Assembly (NCBI GenBank): GCA_010909165.1
Contig: VJWM01000284.1
Coordinates: 1 to 64,000 of the forward strand
Reading direction: 5' to 3'
Length of the DNA: 64,000 nucleotides
Origin: Anthoceros angustus
Taxonomy: Eukaryota; Plantae; Anthocerotophyta
The notes under the pieces were generated by a model. That model had not been told where the DNA came from. It saw only the letters and a program-made list of their open reading frames with translations, and did no database searches. Within the stretch, counting starts at the first letter, position 1. The number at the start of each line of letters is the position of its first letter. Shown piece after piece: positions 47,242 through 59,877 of the stretch. The translations under genes were made by a program, and so were the position numbers.

Positions 47242-49705
47242 CTGCAGTCACGATCAACATTTCGGAGTTGGAGCTCTCTTAGGTTCTTGGGTCCAACAGC
47301 TTGCACCTGACAGCAGAAGTGTTGCGACTCATCTCTCAGTCCCGTGGAGCATATGCTCTATCAGGCAGCGAGACACGCCATGCAGTTTCCTCAGCTCGCA
47401 TGGCCCAGAGTTGCTTCGACCCATCAACCTATGAGGAGAGAGTCAGGTTTGTGAAGGACTTCTATAGGCAATTTTTCCATGGGTTTTTCGACAGAGAGGC
47501 GGCAACAGTTGCGCAGGAGGTAGCAACCAATCCAGGTAGCCCGGAAGCTACTGTAATTCTGCGAACACAGTAATCTAGATGCATCTATCCACTGTAAACT
47601 TCGTGCCTCGTGTGCCTCGGTTGTTCCTGCCTCTTCTTTTAGGAGTCTTTTGAATAGCGGTGGTTGGATTATGAAGTCTGTGGGTCTCTTGATTTGAGAA
47701 TGAAGGTAGTGTGTTGTTGTTCTTGGTTGGTGAAGTTCAGTTGTTTGTGCGTGGATGTGTGACTGAGTTGACTGGTAGATAGTGCGGGGCAGTGTAGGGT
47801 TGACGCTACCGGGTGTGCCAAACTTTTCGGGTAGTTTTGTGTAGAGCATCTAGTGCCGAAACGTGAACAAGCGTGACAGCTGCGGTGCATCACATGTGGT
47901 TGCGCCACGACAGCCTGCTTGATATGTTTGCCTTTATTAGCGTCGGGCCCTATGCATCAAGTGCATTCGCTGTCAAGTTGGGCCCTCAGCATCACGTGCA
48001 TTCACTAGTACAACGGCAAGCACTTGATTTGGATCCCGACATGGTGGAAAAGCATGCAGTATCACAAATTGAGGCGGTGACATTGTCTGCAAGCAAACGT
48101 GATGCAAATAGTGGAAGCAGCGCTGAGTCAAGCATCCAGATGAAGTGAAAACTCTCGCCATGAGAGAGTTTAAAGGAGACACAACACTGGACATCAGTGG
48201 ATTCATTACTGAGACTTGGAACCATAATCCAGAGTCAGACATCTCTTCTTTGGACTAAGCCGAACAGGGTTTTGCATACTGCAGTATACGAGTCGACCCA
48301 AATGGCTTAAGAATTGCACCAGCATAATAAGTTACTGTTGGTGATCGAGGTTCTTCTTCTGTTAAATTAGATTGTACTACCAAGTTCCTTGTTAAATTGC
48401 CTGCACATGTCGCTAATTTACCGCTATACTATCATTAAATTCAGTGTAGGAGGTGAGTGAGAAGATCAGCTGCAGTCACGATCAACATTTCGGAGTTGGA
48501 GCTCTCTTAGGTTCTTGGGTCCAACAGCTTGCACCTGACAGCAGAAGTGTTGCGACTCATCTCTCAGTCCCGTGGAGCATATGCTCTATCAGGCAGCGAG
48601 ACACGCCATGCAGTTTCCTCAGCTCGCATGGCCCAGAGTTGCTTCGACCCATCAACCTATGAGGAGAGAGTCAGGTTTGTGAAGGACTTCTATAGGCAAT
48701 TTTTCCATGGGTTTTTCGACAGAGAGGCGGCAACAGTTGCGCAGGAGGTAGCAACCAATCCAGGTAGCCCGGAAGCTACTGTAATTCTGCGAACACAGTA
48801 ATCTAGATGCATCTATCCACTGTAAACTTCGTGCCTCGTGTGCCTCGGTTGTTCCTGCCTCTTCTTTTAGGAGTCTTTTGAATAGCGGTGGTTGGATTAT
48901 GAAGTCTGTGGGTCTCTTGATTTGAGAATGAAGGTAGTGTGTTGTTGTTCTTGGTTGGTGAAGTTCAGTTGTTTGTGCGTGGATGTGTGACTGAGTTGAC
49001 TGGTAGATAGTGCGGGGCAGTGTAGGGTTGACGCTACCGGGTGTGCCAAACTTTTTCGGGTAGTTTTGTGTAGAGCATCTAGTGCCGAAACGTGAACAAG
49101 CGTGACAGCTGCGGTGCATCACATGTGGTTGCGCCACGACAGCCTGCTTGATATGTTTGCCTTTATTAGCGTCGGGCCCTATGCATCAAGTGCATTCGCT
49201 GTCAAGTTGGGCCCTCAGCATCACGTGCATTCACTAGTACAACGGCAAGCACTTGATTTGGATCCCGACATGGTGGAAAAGCATGCAGTATCACAAATTG
49301 AGGCGGTGACATTGTCTGCAAGCAAACGTGATGCAAATAGTGGAAGCAGCGCTGAGTCCAAGCATCCAGATGAAGTGAAAACTCTCGCCATGAGAGAGTT
49401 TAAAGGAGACACAACACTGGACATCAGTGGATTCATTACTGAGACTTGGAACCATAATCCAGAGTCAGACATCTCTTCTTTGGACTAAGCCGAACAGGGT
49501 TTTGCATACTGCAGTATACGAGTCGACCCAAATGGCTTAAGAATTGCACCAGCATAATAAGTTACTGTTGGTGATCGAGGTTCTTCTTCTGTTAAATTAG
49601 ATTGTACTACCAAGTTCCTTGTTAAATTGCCTGCACATGTCGCTAATTTACCGCTTGGCATACTATCATTAAATTCAGTGTAGGAGGTGAGTGAGAAGAT
49701 CAGCT
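47242..49705. repeat. Tandem duplication TD2, ~1228-bp unit x2
   Basis: CTGCAGTCACGATCAAC begins at 47242 and at 48470; ORFs 47301 and 48529 are identical. Confidence 0.95.
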
Positions 49706-50260
49706 CATCTAGAGAGAATCTTAATTGTGAGTGTGTAAAATGCCCTCCTTGAGCTGAAGGCTTAGTAACTTTTCTCAATCCAGCTCTGGGCAGGTCCTTT
49801 CACGCATCTTGCTCTCCCTTACCCTATGCAACTCCGTTGCATGTTCAGAGATGCCAGCGGCAGCATAGGTCTGTGACATCAATAGATATGTGTGGCGGCA
49901 TCCTTAGCGTGCAGATGTACTGCACATTCAAACGCCTGGTCTTCCAGAACTGCGTTATGGACACCCACCCAACAAACACAACCACAAGGCCCGATTAGGC
50001 TGCATTGGCATTGTGGCGATTAGACTAACATTGTCTTCGACCTACCTAGTAACGTCTCACTTCAATTAATCAATGCGAAGAGTCAAACAAGATGAATTGA
50101 TTAAGATTCTATATTTTCATGCGTATTTTCGAAATTGTTTTGTTAGCCTGACATACAAGTACAAAATGGGTTTGCGATGCAGTGAATGTAGTCGCATGGA
50201 AAGGCTGAGCAGGGTAGCACAATTGCAGGCAGAAATAATTGAGACAGGCGAGGGGTGGAA

Positions 50261-51832
50261 ATGCGGGCTGCTGTAGTGTTCCCATCTCCAGTTTGCGGTG
50301 GGGTGATCTCGTTATCGTGCGCCCGGGCTCGTTTGTGCATTCTCGGCGGTCACCGAACGCCGTTGCTGCAGGTGCCTTCCTGGAGGAGTCCTCCGCCCCA
50401 AGCGGCCCGCATTCCACCTGCGGCTGTTTTGTGGCGGACATCGAAGGCGGCGGTCGGAAGGGGCTTGGTTGTCATGGCTGCAGTGGCGGAGCCCTTAGAG
50501 GTGCTGGTGAAGGCAGCTTCCGGCCAGCCGGATCAGCTCGGGGACTGTAAGCTCACCTCGTCCTCTGCTTCCTCATTTGCTTGATTCCAAGCTCACTTTG
50601 CTGGCTGACTGCATTCTACAAATTCAGCATGGGTTCATCCCATGTCGGGACGGGACTGCGCGTACTCGCAACGGCAATTTCGTATGGTTGGCCGAAAGCG
50701 CAATGTTGCGTGATGGCTGACCTAATTCTTATCTCTGTACCGCAGGCCCGTTCTCGCAGCGTGTGCTGCTCACTCTTGAAGAGAAAGGCATTTCCTACAA
50801 TGCCAGATACGTGGACACGGAAAACAAACCAGAATGGTCGGACTCTGTTTGTACGCCGAGTGCGGCTTGACAAGTGGTATTTGTGTGGTGTGAAGCTTGT
50901 GGTGATTGTTATGGCTACGCTGTGTGGATGGATTCAGGTTTTTGGAGGCCAACCCCGAGGGCAAAGTCCCGGTAATTAAGCACGAAGGCAGCTGGGTTGC
51001 GGACTCTGACGTGATCACCGCGCTGCTGGAGGAGAAGTACCCCGAACCCTCGCTTGCGGTAAGCGAGGATAAGGCGGCAGTGTAAGCAGCAGCATCCATC
51101 CATCCATCCATCCATCCATCCTTTCTTGCTTCCTTCCATCCATGTATCCGTCCGTCCGTCCGTCCATGTATCTGTGTGAAGGTAGCAGCCAGCTGCAAGG
51201 GTTTAGGTTGCCGCGGCGGCGGGTGTGGTGATGGTTTGTGCTGGTGCTGGTGCTGGTGCTGGTGCTGCTGCAGGGGATCAAAGCTGTTCGGAGCATTCGT
51301 AAGATTCCTGAAGAGCAAGGACCCCGCAGACGGCACTGAGGCGGCTTTGGTGGATGAGCTGAAAGCTTTGAACGACTTCCTCGAGCAGAACGTAAGTGTG
51401 CAGGAAAGAGGGGGGAAGTGCAAAGGGAGGGCAATTATCCAGCAGTGTGGATTTGTGTAACTTTGGTGACGCGTGCATTGCAGGGGCCTTACGTGGGTGG
51501 AGACAAGATTTCAGCCGTGGACTTGAGCCTGGCCCCAAAGCTGTACCACTTGAAGATCAGCTTGGATCACTTCAAGAAGTGGGCCATCCCGGGGGACCTC
51601 ACATACCTTCTGGACTACATCAAGGTACGTTTGGAATGGGATCCGTGTCCACGTCCGCCGGTGGTGGTGGTGGTGGTGGTAGTGGAGCCGCGCGTCCCGA
51701 GTAGTCGCTGGCGTCTAACCCTAGGCTGGTGTGGCGTGGGCGCAGGATCTGCACAGCCGGGAGAGCTTTGAGAAGACGGCCGCACCCGCGCCTGTTGTGG
51801 TGAAGGGCTGGTCGAAGCACGTCGGAGCTTGA
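50261..51832 (+). CDS. DHAR: Dehydroascorbate reductase (GST superfamily), probably plastid-targeted, 6 exons
   Basis: LEVLVKAASGQPDQLGDC|PFSQRVLLTLEEK...KPEW|FLEANPEGKVPV...DSDVI|GSKLFGAFVRFLKSKD|GPYVGGDKISAVDLSLAPKLYHL|SRESFEKT...GWSKHVGA*. Confidence 0.95.
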
Positions 51833-53349
51833 CGATCTTTGCGGGCTTTGTTCACACATGGACAGGATAGGACAGGACAGGACTGGGCTCTCGCTTTAAG
51901 GAGGAAGTACATTCCCTGGCTTTCTGGCATGCCGGGCCGCGGCCTGCGTGTGTGTGAATGCGGAGTGATGGGAGAGTATGTAGTAGTTATTGCTCCTGTG
52001 GCATCCCTGGTACTAGAATACAAGCTGGATTGCAGGAAGCGGTTACTCGTGTGGGTGGTCACATGAGGTGCATAAATATCCGGGCGCTGCCCATACGTAC
52101 CGTATTGAGGGCGCATGGTCCCGTAGGTGTAGGTGCTCCCCGGTAGTACGCCCTCGCGCAGCAGCGGAGGCGCGGTGTGTACTATTAATCTAGTAGTAGG
52201 TGTACAGTGCAGCGAGTGGTTGCAAGTTGCCGGAGCTGGTTGCCGCTTGCCGCTTGCCGCTTTGAGGGCCCGCCACTCCGGCTGGAGGCTGGAGCCTGGG
52301 CTGTCGTGTCGCTGGCGCATTGTAATTTGTGGAAAAGCAGGAGCGGTGGTGGGTACGCCAGGGCAGCGCCGCCACAGGGATATGCTGAACTGGAGGCCCG
52401 CGCGCCGGTTTCGCCTTTCGCCTTTCGCCTTTCGCCGTTTGCCGGCAGGCGCGGCGCAGGGAGGAGGGGGCTGAAGGAGATGGCCGCCCTTGTCATTGGA
52501 TTGTTGGACTCATTATGTCGCAGCGGCATAATGATGGTGTGACTGGAGGCGCGCGCGCCTTGCAACTTGCATTAAATAACGTGCTTGGCCGGAGGGCAAG
52601 GACTCGGAGTCGGAGGCCGGAGGTCGGGCGACAGGGAGCGCGGTCTTTGGACGGGAAGGCCTGGACTACATACTACATGGAAGGGCCAAGGCAGTGTGAG
52701 CATGGATGCCACCTGCAGCTCGCAGCCCCCAGCCCCCAGCCCCAGCCCGCTGTTTCGCCCTCAAGACTCGAGAGAACGGCCCTTAAATGCGACCGCGGCA
52801 GCTGCTCCTCGGGCAGAGCGCAGAGCGCAGAGCGCAGAGCCAGAGCGGAGTGGCCTTTTACCGGGGACTTGGCCCTGTCCGGCCTGGCCTGGCCTGGCCT
52901 GGCCTGGCCTGGCCTTGCCCCTGGCCTGGCTGCCTGGCCCCGGTCCCCGGCACCTGGGGCCCGCCCACCGTGCCCAATTATCACCCTCTCGTCTCATAAT
53001 AGCTCGGAGCGCTCTGCGCTCCCATGTGTGAAACATGTACTTTCCCTGTCTCCTTGGATTCATGGACCCCACCCACTCGCTTTACGTAAGTGTGCAGGAA
53101 AGAGGGGAAGTGCAAAGGGAGGCAATTATCCAGCAGTGTGGATTTGTGTAACTTTGGTGACGCGTGCATTGCAGGGGCCTTACGTGGGTGGAGACAAGAT
53201 TTCAGCCGTGGACTTGAGCCTGGCCCCAAAGCTGTACCACTTGAAGATCAGCTTGGATCACTTCAAGAAGTGGGCCATCCCGGGGGACCTCACATACCTT
53301 CTGGACTACATCAAGGTACGTTTGGAATGGGATCCGTGTCCACGTCCGC

Positions 53350-53381
<32 letters not shown>

Positions 53382-54798
53382 CCGCGCGTCCCGAGTAGTC
53401 GCTGGCGTCTAACCCTAGGCTGGTGTGGCGTGGGCGCAGGATCTGCACAGCCGGGAGAGCTTTGAGAAGACGGCCGCACCCGCGCCTGTTGTGGTGAAGG
53501 GCTGGTCGAAGCACGTCGGAGCTTGACGATCTTTGCGGGCTTTGTTCACACATGGACAGGATAGGACAGGACAGGACTGGGCTCTCGCTTTAAGGAGGGA
53601 AGTACATTCCCTGGCTTTCTGGCATGCCCGGGCCGCGGCCTGCGTGTGTGTGAATGCGGAGTGATGGGAGAGTATGTAGTAGTTATTGCTCCTGTGGCAT
53701 CCCTGGTACTAGAATACAAGCTGGATTGCAGGAAGCGGTTACTCGTGTGGGTGGTCACATGAGGTGCATAAATATCCGGGCGCTGCCCATACGTACCGTA
53801 TTGAGGGCGCATGGTCCCGTAGGTGTAGGTGCTCCCCGGTAGTACGCCCTCGCGCAGCAGCGGAGGCGCGGTGTGTACTATTAATCTAGTAGTAGGTGTA
53901 CAGTGCAGCGAGTGGTTGCAAGTTGCCGGAGCCGGGTTGCCGCTTGCCGCTTGCCGCTTTGAGGGCCCGCCACTCCGGCTGGAGGCTGGAGCCTGGGCTG
54001 TCGTGTCGCTGGCGCATTGTAATTTGTGGAAAAAGCAGGAGCGGTGGTGGGTACGCCAGGGCAGCGCCGCCACAGGGATATGCTGAACTGGAGGCCCGCG
54101 CGCCGGTTTCGCCTTTCGCCTTTCGCCTTTCGCCGTTTGCCGGCAGGCGCGGCGCAGGGAGGAGGGGGGGCTGAAGGGAGATGGCCGCCCTTGTCATTGG
54201 ATTGTTGGACTCATTATGTCGCAGCGGCATAATGATGGTGTGGACTGTGGAGGCGCGCGCGCCTTGCAACTTGCATTAAATAACGTGCTTGGCCGGAGGG
54301 CAAGGACTCGGAGTCGGAGGCCGGAGGTCGGGCGACAGGGAGCGCGGTCTTTGGACGGGAAGGCCTGGACTACATACTACATGGAAGGGCCAAGGCAGTG
54401 AGCATGGATGCCAATTCCGCAGCTCGCAGCCCCCCAGCCCCCCAGCCCCCAGCCCGCTGTTTCGCCCTCAAGACTCGAGAGAACGGCCCTTAAATGCGAC
54501 CGCGGCAGCGCCTGCTCCTCGGGCAGAGCGCAGAGCGCAGAGCGCAGAGCCAGAGCGGAGTGGCCCTTTTACCGGGGACTTGGCCCCGTCCGGCCCGGCC
54601 CGGCCCGGCCCGGCCTGGCCCGGCCTTGCCCCTGGCCTGGCTGCCTGGGCCCCGGTCCCCGGCACCCGGGGCCCGCCCACTCCGTGCCCAATTATCACCC
54701 TCTCGTCTCATAATAGCTCGGAGCGCTCTGCGCTCCCATGTGTGAAACATGTACTTTCCCTGTCTCCTTGGATTCATGGACCCCACCCACTCGCTTTA
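51390..54798. repeat. Tandem duplication TD3, ~1.7-kb unit x2, duplicating the last two DHAR exons and downstream sequence
   Basis: ACGTAAGTGTGCAGGAAAGAG at 51390 and 53084; both units end CCACTCGCTTTA. Confidence 0.95.
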
Positions 54799-56104
54799 AT
54801 TCACCCGCCTCCCGCCCCGACACTCCGAAACTGGGTATAGTATGTACTACATACATATCGGACCAATGATAATTCTGTAGCCACACACACTCACAAACAC
54901 ATCCAATCCAAATACAACAAGTTTTATGATATGTATATATAAAAACAAAGAAAAAAGAAAAAAAGCAAAAAGAAAAAAAAAAGAAAAAAGAAAAAAGAAA
55001 AAGAAGAAGAAAAAACTCACCCGTGCGGTTGGGTGGATGGATTGAAGTTTTGTACATTGGTTGTGCAAAAAAATTTTGTACATTGTTGTTCGTGTGGGAC
55101 ATAATATCGTGTTTAATACAACAAATAACAAACTGCTGTATGTATCGTGGTCCATTCCAAAGATGTGTACAATGTAGAATGAAGGAAGAAAGATAAGATT
55201 CTATTCATGCACAATGCGTACACTATCGTGTCTAGGGGATGAAAAAAATGGGGGCATGCTTAGAGGGATGAAAAACTGGGGCTTATTGAAACAAGTCGGA
55301 AGTACGTACCTAGGTCCATTTGGAATAGCACGTTTTCGGAGGATGAAAACGTGAGGCTTATTGGAACATATCAGAAAGTACGTACTTTGGTCCATTTGGA
55401 TTAGAACAGAGGAAGAAGCATAAGATGCTGTATGAATAGGGAAAGCGCGTGTATTGACTACTAATCTTTGAGGATAAATATGTAGGATTCAGAATATATA
55501 GAAAGTACATACCTTGATCTTTCCAATATATTGTATGTAGTATGTTGTATATTTGTATATAATAAACATGGTTTGGAACAAGGGTGGATGCGAGTTAAAC
55601 AAATAAGGTAATGATTTGAGAATATAACAAATAGCAAACGAGAAAAAAATTAACATATCTATCCTAGAGATTGTACATCATAATCACATCTATGATATCA
55701 AAGTGTGGTGAAAATTTTCCTTTTGGAGTATATGATATTTTCTTGACATTGGCCACATATGCCGGAGAAAGAACTGGCTTTACTCTGAAGTTAAAAGTTT
55801 TTTAATTTTAAAAAAAATTATATATCCATTTTTAAAGGCTTTTAAAATTATTCTCTAATATATTTTAATAATAAAATATAATATTTAGTTGAGTATGATA
55901 TTGGTAATATGGTATATACTAGCTAGACGATTCTACGGAAATCTCGTAGCTAGATTGTGGGCCAGATACATACATGGAATGACTTGCTCTGCCGTCAACT
56001 TACATGCAAATCTGGCTGCCAAATAAAAAAAATTGGGCGGCCAGTACTACAGTACCAACGCAAATCGACCAGCCCTGTGGTCCGGGCCCCGGCCCATGCC
56101 CTAC

Positions 56105-56139
56105 GGAAGCCGAAGCCGAAGCCGAAGCCGAAGCCGAAG
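56105..56139. repeat. (GAAGCC)n microsatellite
   Basis: About 5-6 units. Confidence 0.85.
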
Positions 56140-57195
56140 GTTTAGTAACAGAGACCGGAGGGTGGAGGTGGCGTGAGGTAACCACTCCGTGAATGAAATG
56201 CAATGCAGATGTATCAGTCGAGTTGCCGCCTCCGGCTGCGAAGACGACGCCTCCTGCTCCTGCTCCTCCTCCTCCTCCTGCTTCTGCTCCTGCCGCCAGG
56301 CCAGGCCTTTTCTCTCTCTCGACTGTCTGACTCCCACTCGCCACTCGCCTCACCTGGAGGCTAGGCGGCTAGGCCTGGGCCTGGGCCTGGGCCTAGTACT
56401 AGTACTGCGCCAGCCCCTCTCCGGCCCTGGCCTCTGCGCCTCTGCCTTCAACTTCTGCGCGCCCGCCTTCCTGGTCTGTGCCTGTGCCTCTGCCTCTGCC
56501 ACACCTGCTGCCAGCAGCACCAGCATTGCTTTGTTCTTGCCTCTCCTCCTTTTCCTTCAAGCCTCTCACGTAGCGCCTGCGGAACGCGGACCCGCGCCGA
56601 CCCGACTCTGCTTCATCAGCTGCCTGCGGGTGAGCATCTGCATCTCCTTCTGCTTCTGCTTCTGTCGTTTCGTTGCGCATCTGCCAATTTCTCATCTCCG
56701 CTGTCGCTCTGTTACCGCCTGTGCTGCTCAAGTCTGTCGCTCTGGATCTGCCACAAATTTTTAATCCTGTCTCCTGACTGGTCCCTGCTTGCAATGTGTG
56801 CGCCTCCTGGCCTCTGCTGTCTCAATGCGTGCATGATTCCCTGCCGCCTCTGCATTTCGCGCTCCAATTTGTGCCACTCTGCTTGGCTCTTGTCCCTTGC
56901 TCCCCCGCTTACCAGTTCCTCTCCTGTGCTGCTCTTCTTCTCGTTTTCCTTCTTTTCAGTACCTCCGCTGCTCAGCTCTTCTGTGAGCCGGAAGGGGGTG
57001 GAATGTGCGCCAACCCCGCGCTCTCCGTCTGCAACTCGCCTTCTCGGGCTTTCAATCTGACTTCCTGGCTCTCCGCCTCTTTGTCCGCGCGTGTGCAGGT
57101 CCACTGCACCTTGCCTACAGGTCTCCTGTGTCTGTGTCCTCGCGGCCTCGCAGCAGCTTTTTTCGGGCGATTCTGTCATCTGCCCGCGCGGCGCT

Positions 57196-58399
57196 ATGGC
57201 TCGCAGAAAGAGATCGACGAAGAAGAAAGGGGGCAACCGTGATCATAAGCATGCTGACTGCACAGGCGCGGAGGAGGCTCCCATGGATGAGAGATTGTGG
57301 AGTAATCTTCCCAAAGATTTACTGGAACGAGTCATCTCTCGCCTACCTCTGCATGTTCTGTTTCAGGCTCGCACTATCTCCAAAGCCTGGAATCAGACTA
57401 TACTGTCCCCCAGCTTCGTCACGACTTCTGCCGAGGCTCCCACCCGCGGCTCTTATGTTCCTATGTACATATCGAGAGGCGCTGAGAGGGAGTGCCTCGC
57501 TTATGACTTCACTCTCAGCAGATGGCAGAAGCTGCCGTCATTGTCATTTCTTCCTCGCCAGGTTGCCTCATATTGGGTCTCCACTGGAGCTGGTGGCCTT
57601 CTGTGCTTCAACTATGTGTCCGAGACCTTGAACCGTGAAGGCCAGATTGTTTGCAACCCCCTCACAGGGATGTGGAGGGAGTTGCCCAGAATGGTTCCTG
57701 ATCCTGGTATGTCCCCTCTGGTTTTCCATATGCTTGTGGAGCGATCGTCCAACTCGTATAAGGTCATTGTCTCTCCGGACACTCAAAGTCAGAATCCTTA
57801 TCAAATGCCTAATTCTTCCCTGGCCAACACGCAAGTTTATGACTCCAAGCTTGGCATTTGGACTATCACTGGGAGGCCCCCTGCGACTCAGCTATCATCA
57901 TGGAGTGCATACTGCAACGGCTTCCTCTACTGTGTGGCGGTTGACAACAAGATTCAGTCATTGCCTCTGGGAGTGGTGTCTTACGATACCAGAACTGGAA
58001 CTTGGAGTGATGCTGTAGCCACCGTTCCCAAAGGTTTCCAGATCCTCAAGATCATGGAGTGCGGATCGAATGTTTTCCTCGTCACAGACCTGCACGCCAA
58101 GGTGAACAAGTTTGTCAGCATTCATATCTTCAAAGGGACCCGGCTACTTCCGAGTTCCTTCCTTTGCGGAAATGCCTCAGAAATTGTTCTTACAGTCCAA
58201 GTTCGACAAGGAGTTCTATGATTGTGTCGGCGAAGACTATACTATATGCTTCACCAATTTCAAGCGCCAGCCCACACCTGTCTACAACCTGGCCTGAAAC
58301 ACTTGGAGCAACTTACCCAGTCGTCCTTACTTGGGGAATGGGGATGTCTATGACCTCTTTCGGTTTTGTTTCCAGCCCAGCCTGGATGCCCGGGTATGA
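57196..58399 (+). CDS. F-box/kelch-like protein, copy 1 (homopolymer frameshifts and CGA>TGA near the 3' end as assembled)
   Basis: LWSNLPKDLLERVISRLP...ARTISKAWN (F-box), GAGGLLCF, VCNPLTGMWRELP, QVYDSKLGIW, NGFLY and FCFQPSLDARV*. Confidence 0.88.
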
Positions 58400-58676
58400 C
58401 ATGGAAACTTGCACTACTTTCGCAGCCTTTCTCATTCTCAGGCCATTAGTTTCGACTCTTTGGATAGCTGGCGTCTGCGTGTATGGGGAGTTCAGTGTTT
58501 GTGACACGTCCTTGGGCGGCAAACATCCTGCTCACATACAAGCTAACCCGGATACGGCGAGCTCTGATGGAGTCTTACACTGCTTTAGGGATTCTCCTTT
58601 CTCTTCTACTTGAGAGCAGCAATTTTGCCTCTCAGCAGCTTTTTCGGGCGATTCTGTCATCTGCCCGCGCGGCGCT

Positions 58677-59877
58677 ATGGCTCGCAGAAAGAGATCGACG
58701 AAGAAGAAAGGGGCAACCGTGATCATAAGCATGCTGACTGCACAGGCGCGGAGGAGGCTCCCATGGATGAGAGATTGTGGAGTAATCTTCCCAAAGATTT
58801 ACTGGAACGAGTCATCTCTCGCCTACCTCTGCATGTTCTGTTTCAGGCTCGCACTATCTCCAAAGCCTGGAATCAGACTATACTGTCCCCAGCTTCGTCA
58901 CGACTTCTGCCGAGGCTCCCACCCGCGGCTCTTATGTTCCTATGTACATATCGAGAGGCGCTGAGAGGAGTGCCTCGCTTATGACTTCACTCTCAGCAGA
59001 TGGCAGAAGCTGCCGTCATTGTCATTTCTTCCTCGCCAGGTTGCCTCATATTGGGTCTCCACTGGAGCTGGTGGCCTTCTGTGCTTCAACTATGTGTCCG
59101 AGACCTTGAACCGTGAAGGCCAGATTGTTTGCAACCCCTCACAGGGATGTGGAGGGAGTTGCCCAGAATGGTTCCTGATCCTGGTATGTCCCTCTGGTTT
59201 TCCATATGCTTGTGGAGCGATCGTCCAACTCGTATAAGGTCATTGTCTCTCCGGACACTCAAAGTCAGAATCCTTATCAAATGCCTAATTCTTCCCTGGC
59301 CAACACGCAAGTTTATGACTCCAAGCTTGGCATTTGGACTATCACTGGGAGGCCCCCTGCGACTCAGCTATCATCATGGAGTGCATACTGCAACGGCTTC
59401 CTCTACTGTGTGGCGGTTGACAACAAGATTCAGTCATTGCCTCTGGGAGTGGTGTCTTACGATACCAGAACTGGAACTTGGAGTGATGCTGTAGCCACCG
59501 TTCCCAAAGGTTTCCAGATCCTCAAGATCATGGAGTGCGGATCGAATGTTTTCCTCGTCACAGACCTGCACGCCAAGGTGAACAAGTTTGTCAGCATTCA
59601 TATCTTCAAAAGGGACCCGGCTACTTCCGAGTTCCTTCCTTTTGCGGAAATGCCTCAGAAATTGTTCTTACAGTCCAAGTTCGACAAGGAGTTCTATGAT
59701 TGTGTCGGCGAAGACTATACTATATGCTTCACCAATTTCAAGCGCCAGCCCACACCTGTCTACAACCTGGCCCGAAACACTTGGAGCAACTTACCCAGTC
59801 GTCCTTACTTGGGGAATGGGGATGTCTATGACCTCTTTCGGTTTTGTTTCCAGCCCAGCCTGGATGCCCGGGTATGA
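58677..59877 (+). CDS. F-box/kelch-like protein, copy 2 (frameshifts in the 5' half as assembled)
   Basis: Near-identical to copy 1; the C-terminal ORF 59206-59877 is intact. Confidence 0.85.

Noticed and set aside
52515-53465. 316-aa ORF ending in DHAR sequence, as a novel fusion gene
   Set aside because: It is GC-rich low-complexity read-through across the TD3 junction and through introns, with a non-ATG start.
55915-55955. Helitron 3' end (CTACG/CGTAG hairpin near CTAG)
   Set aside because: The stem is short, no matching 5' TC terminus or Rep/helicase was identified, and the orientation is ambiguous.
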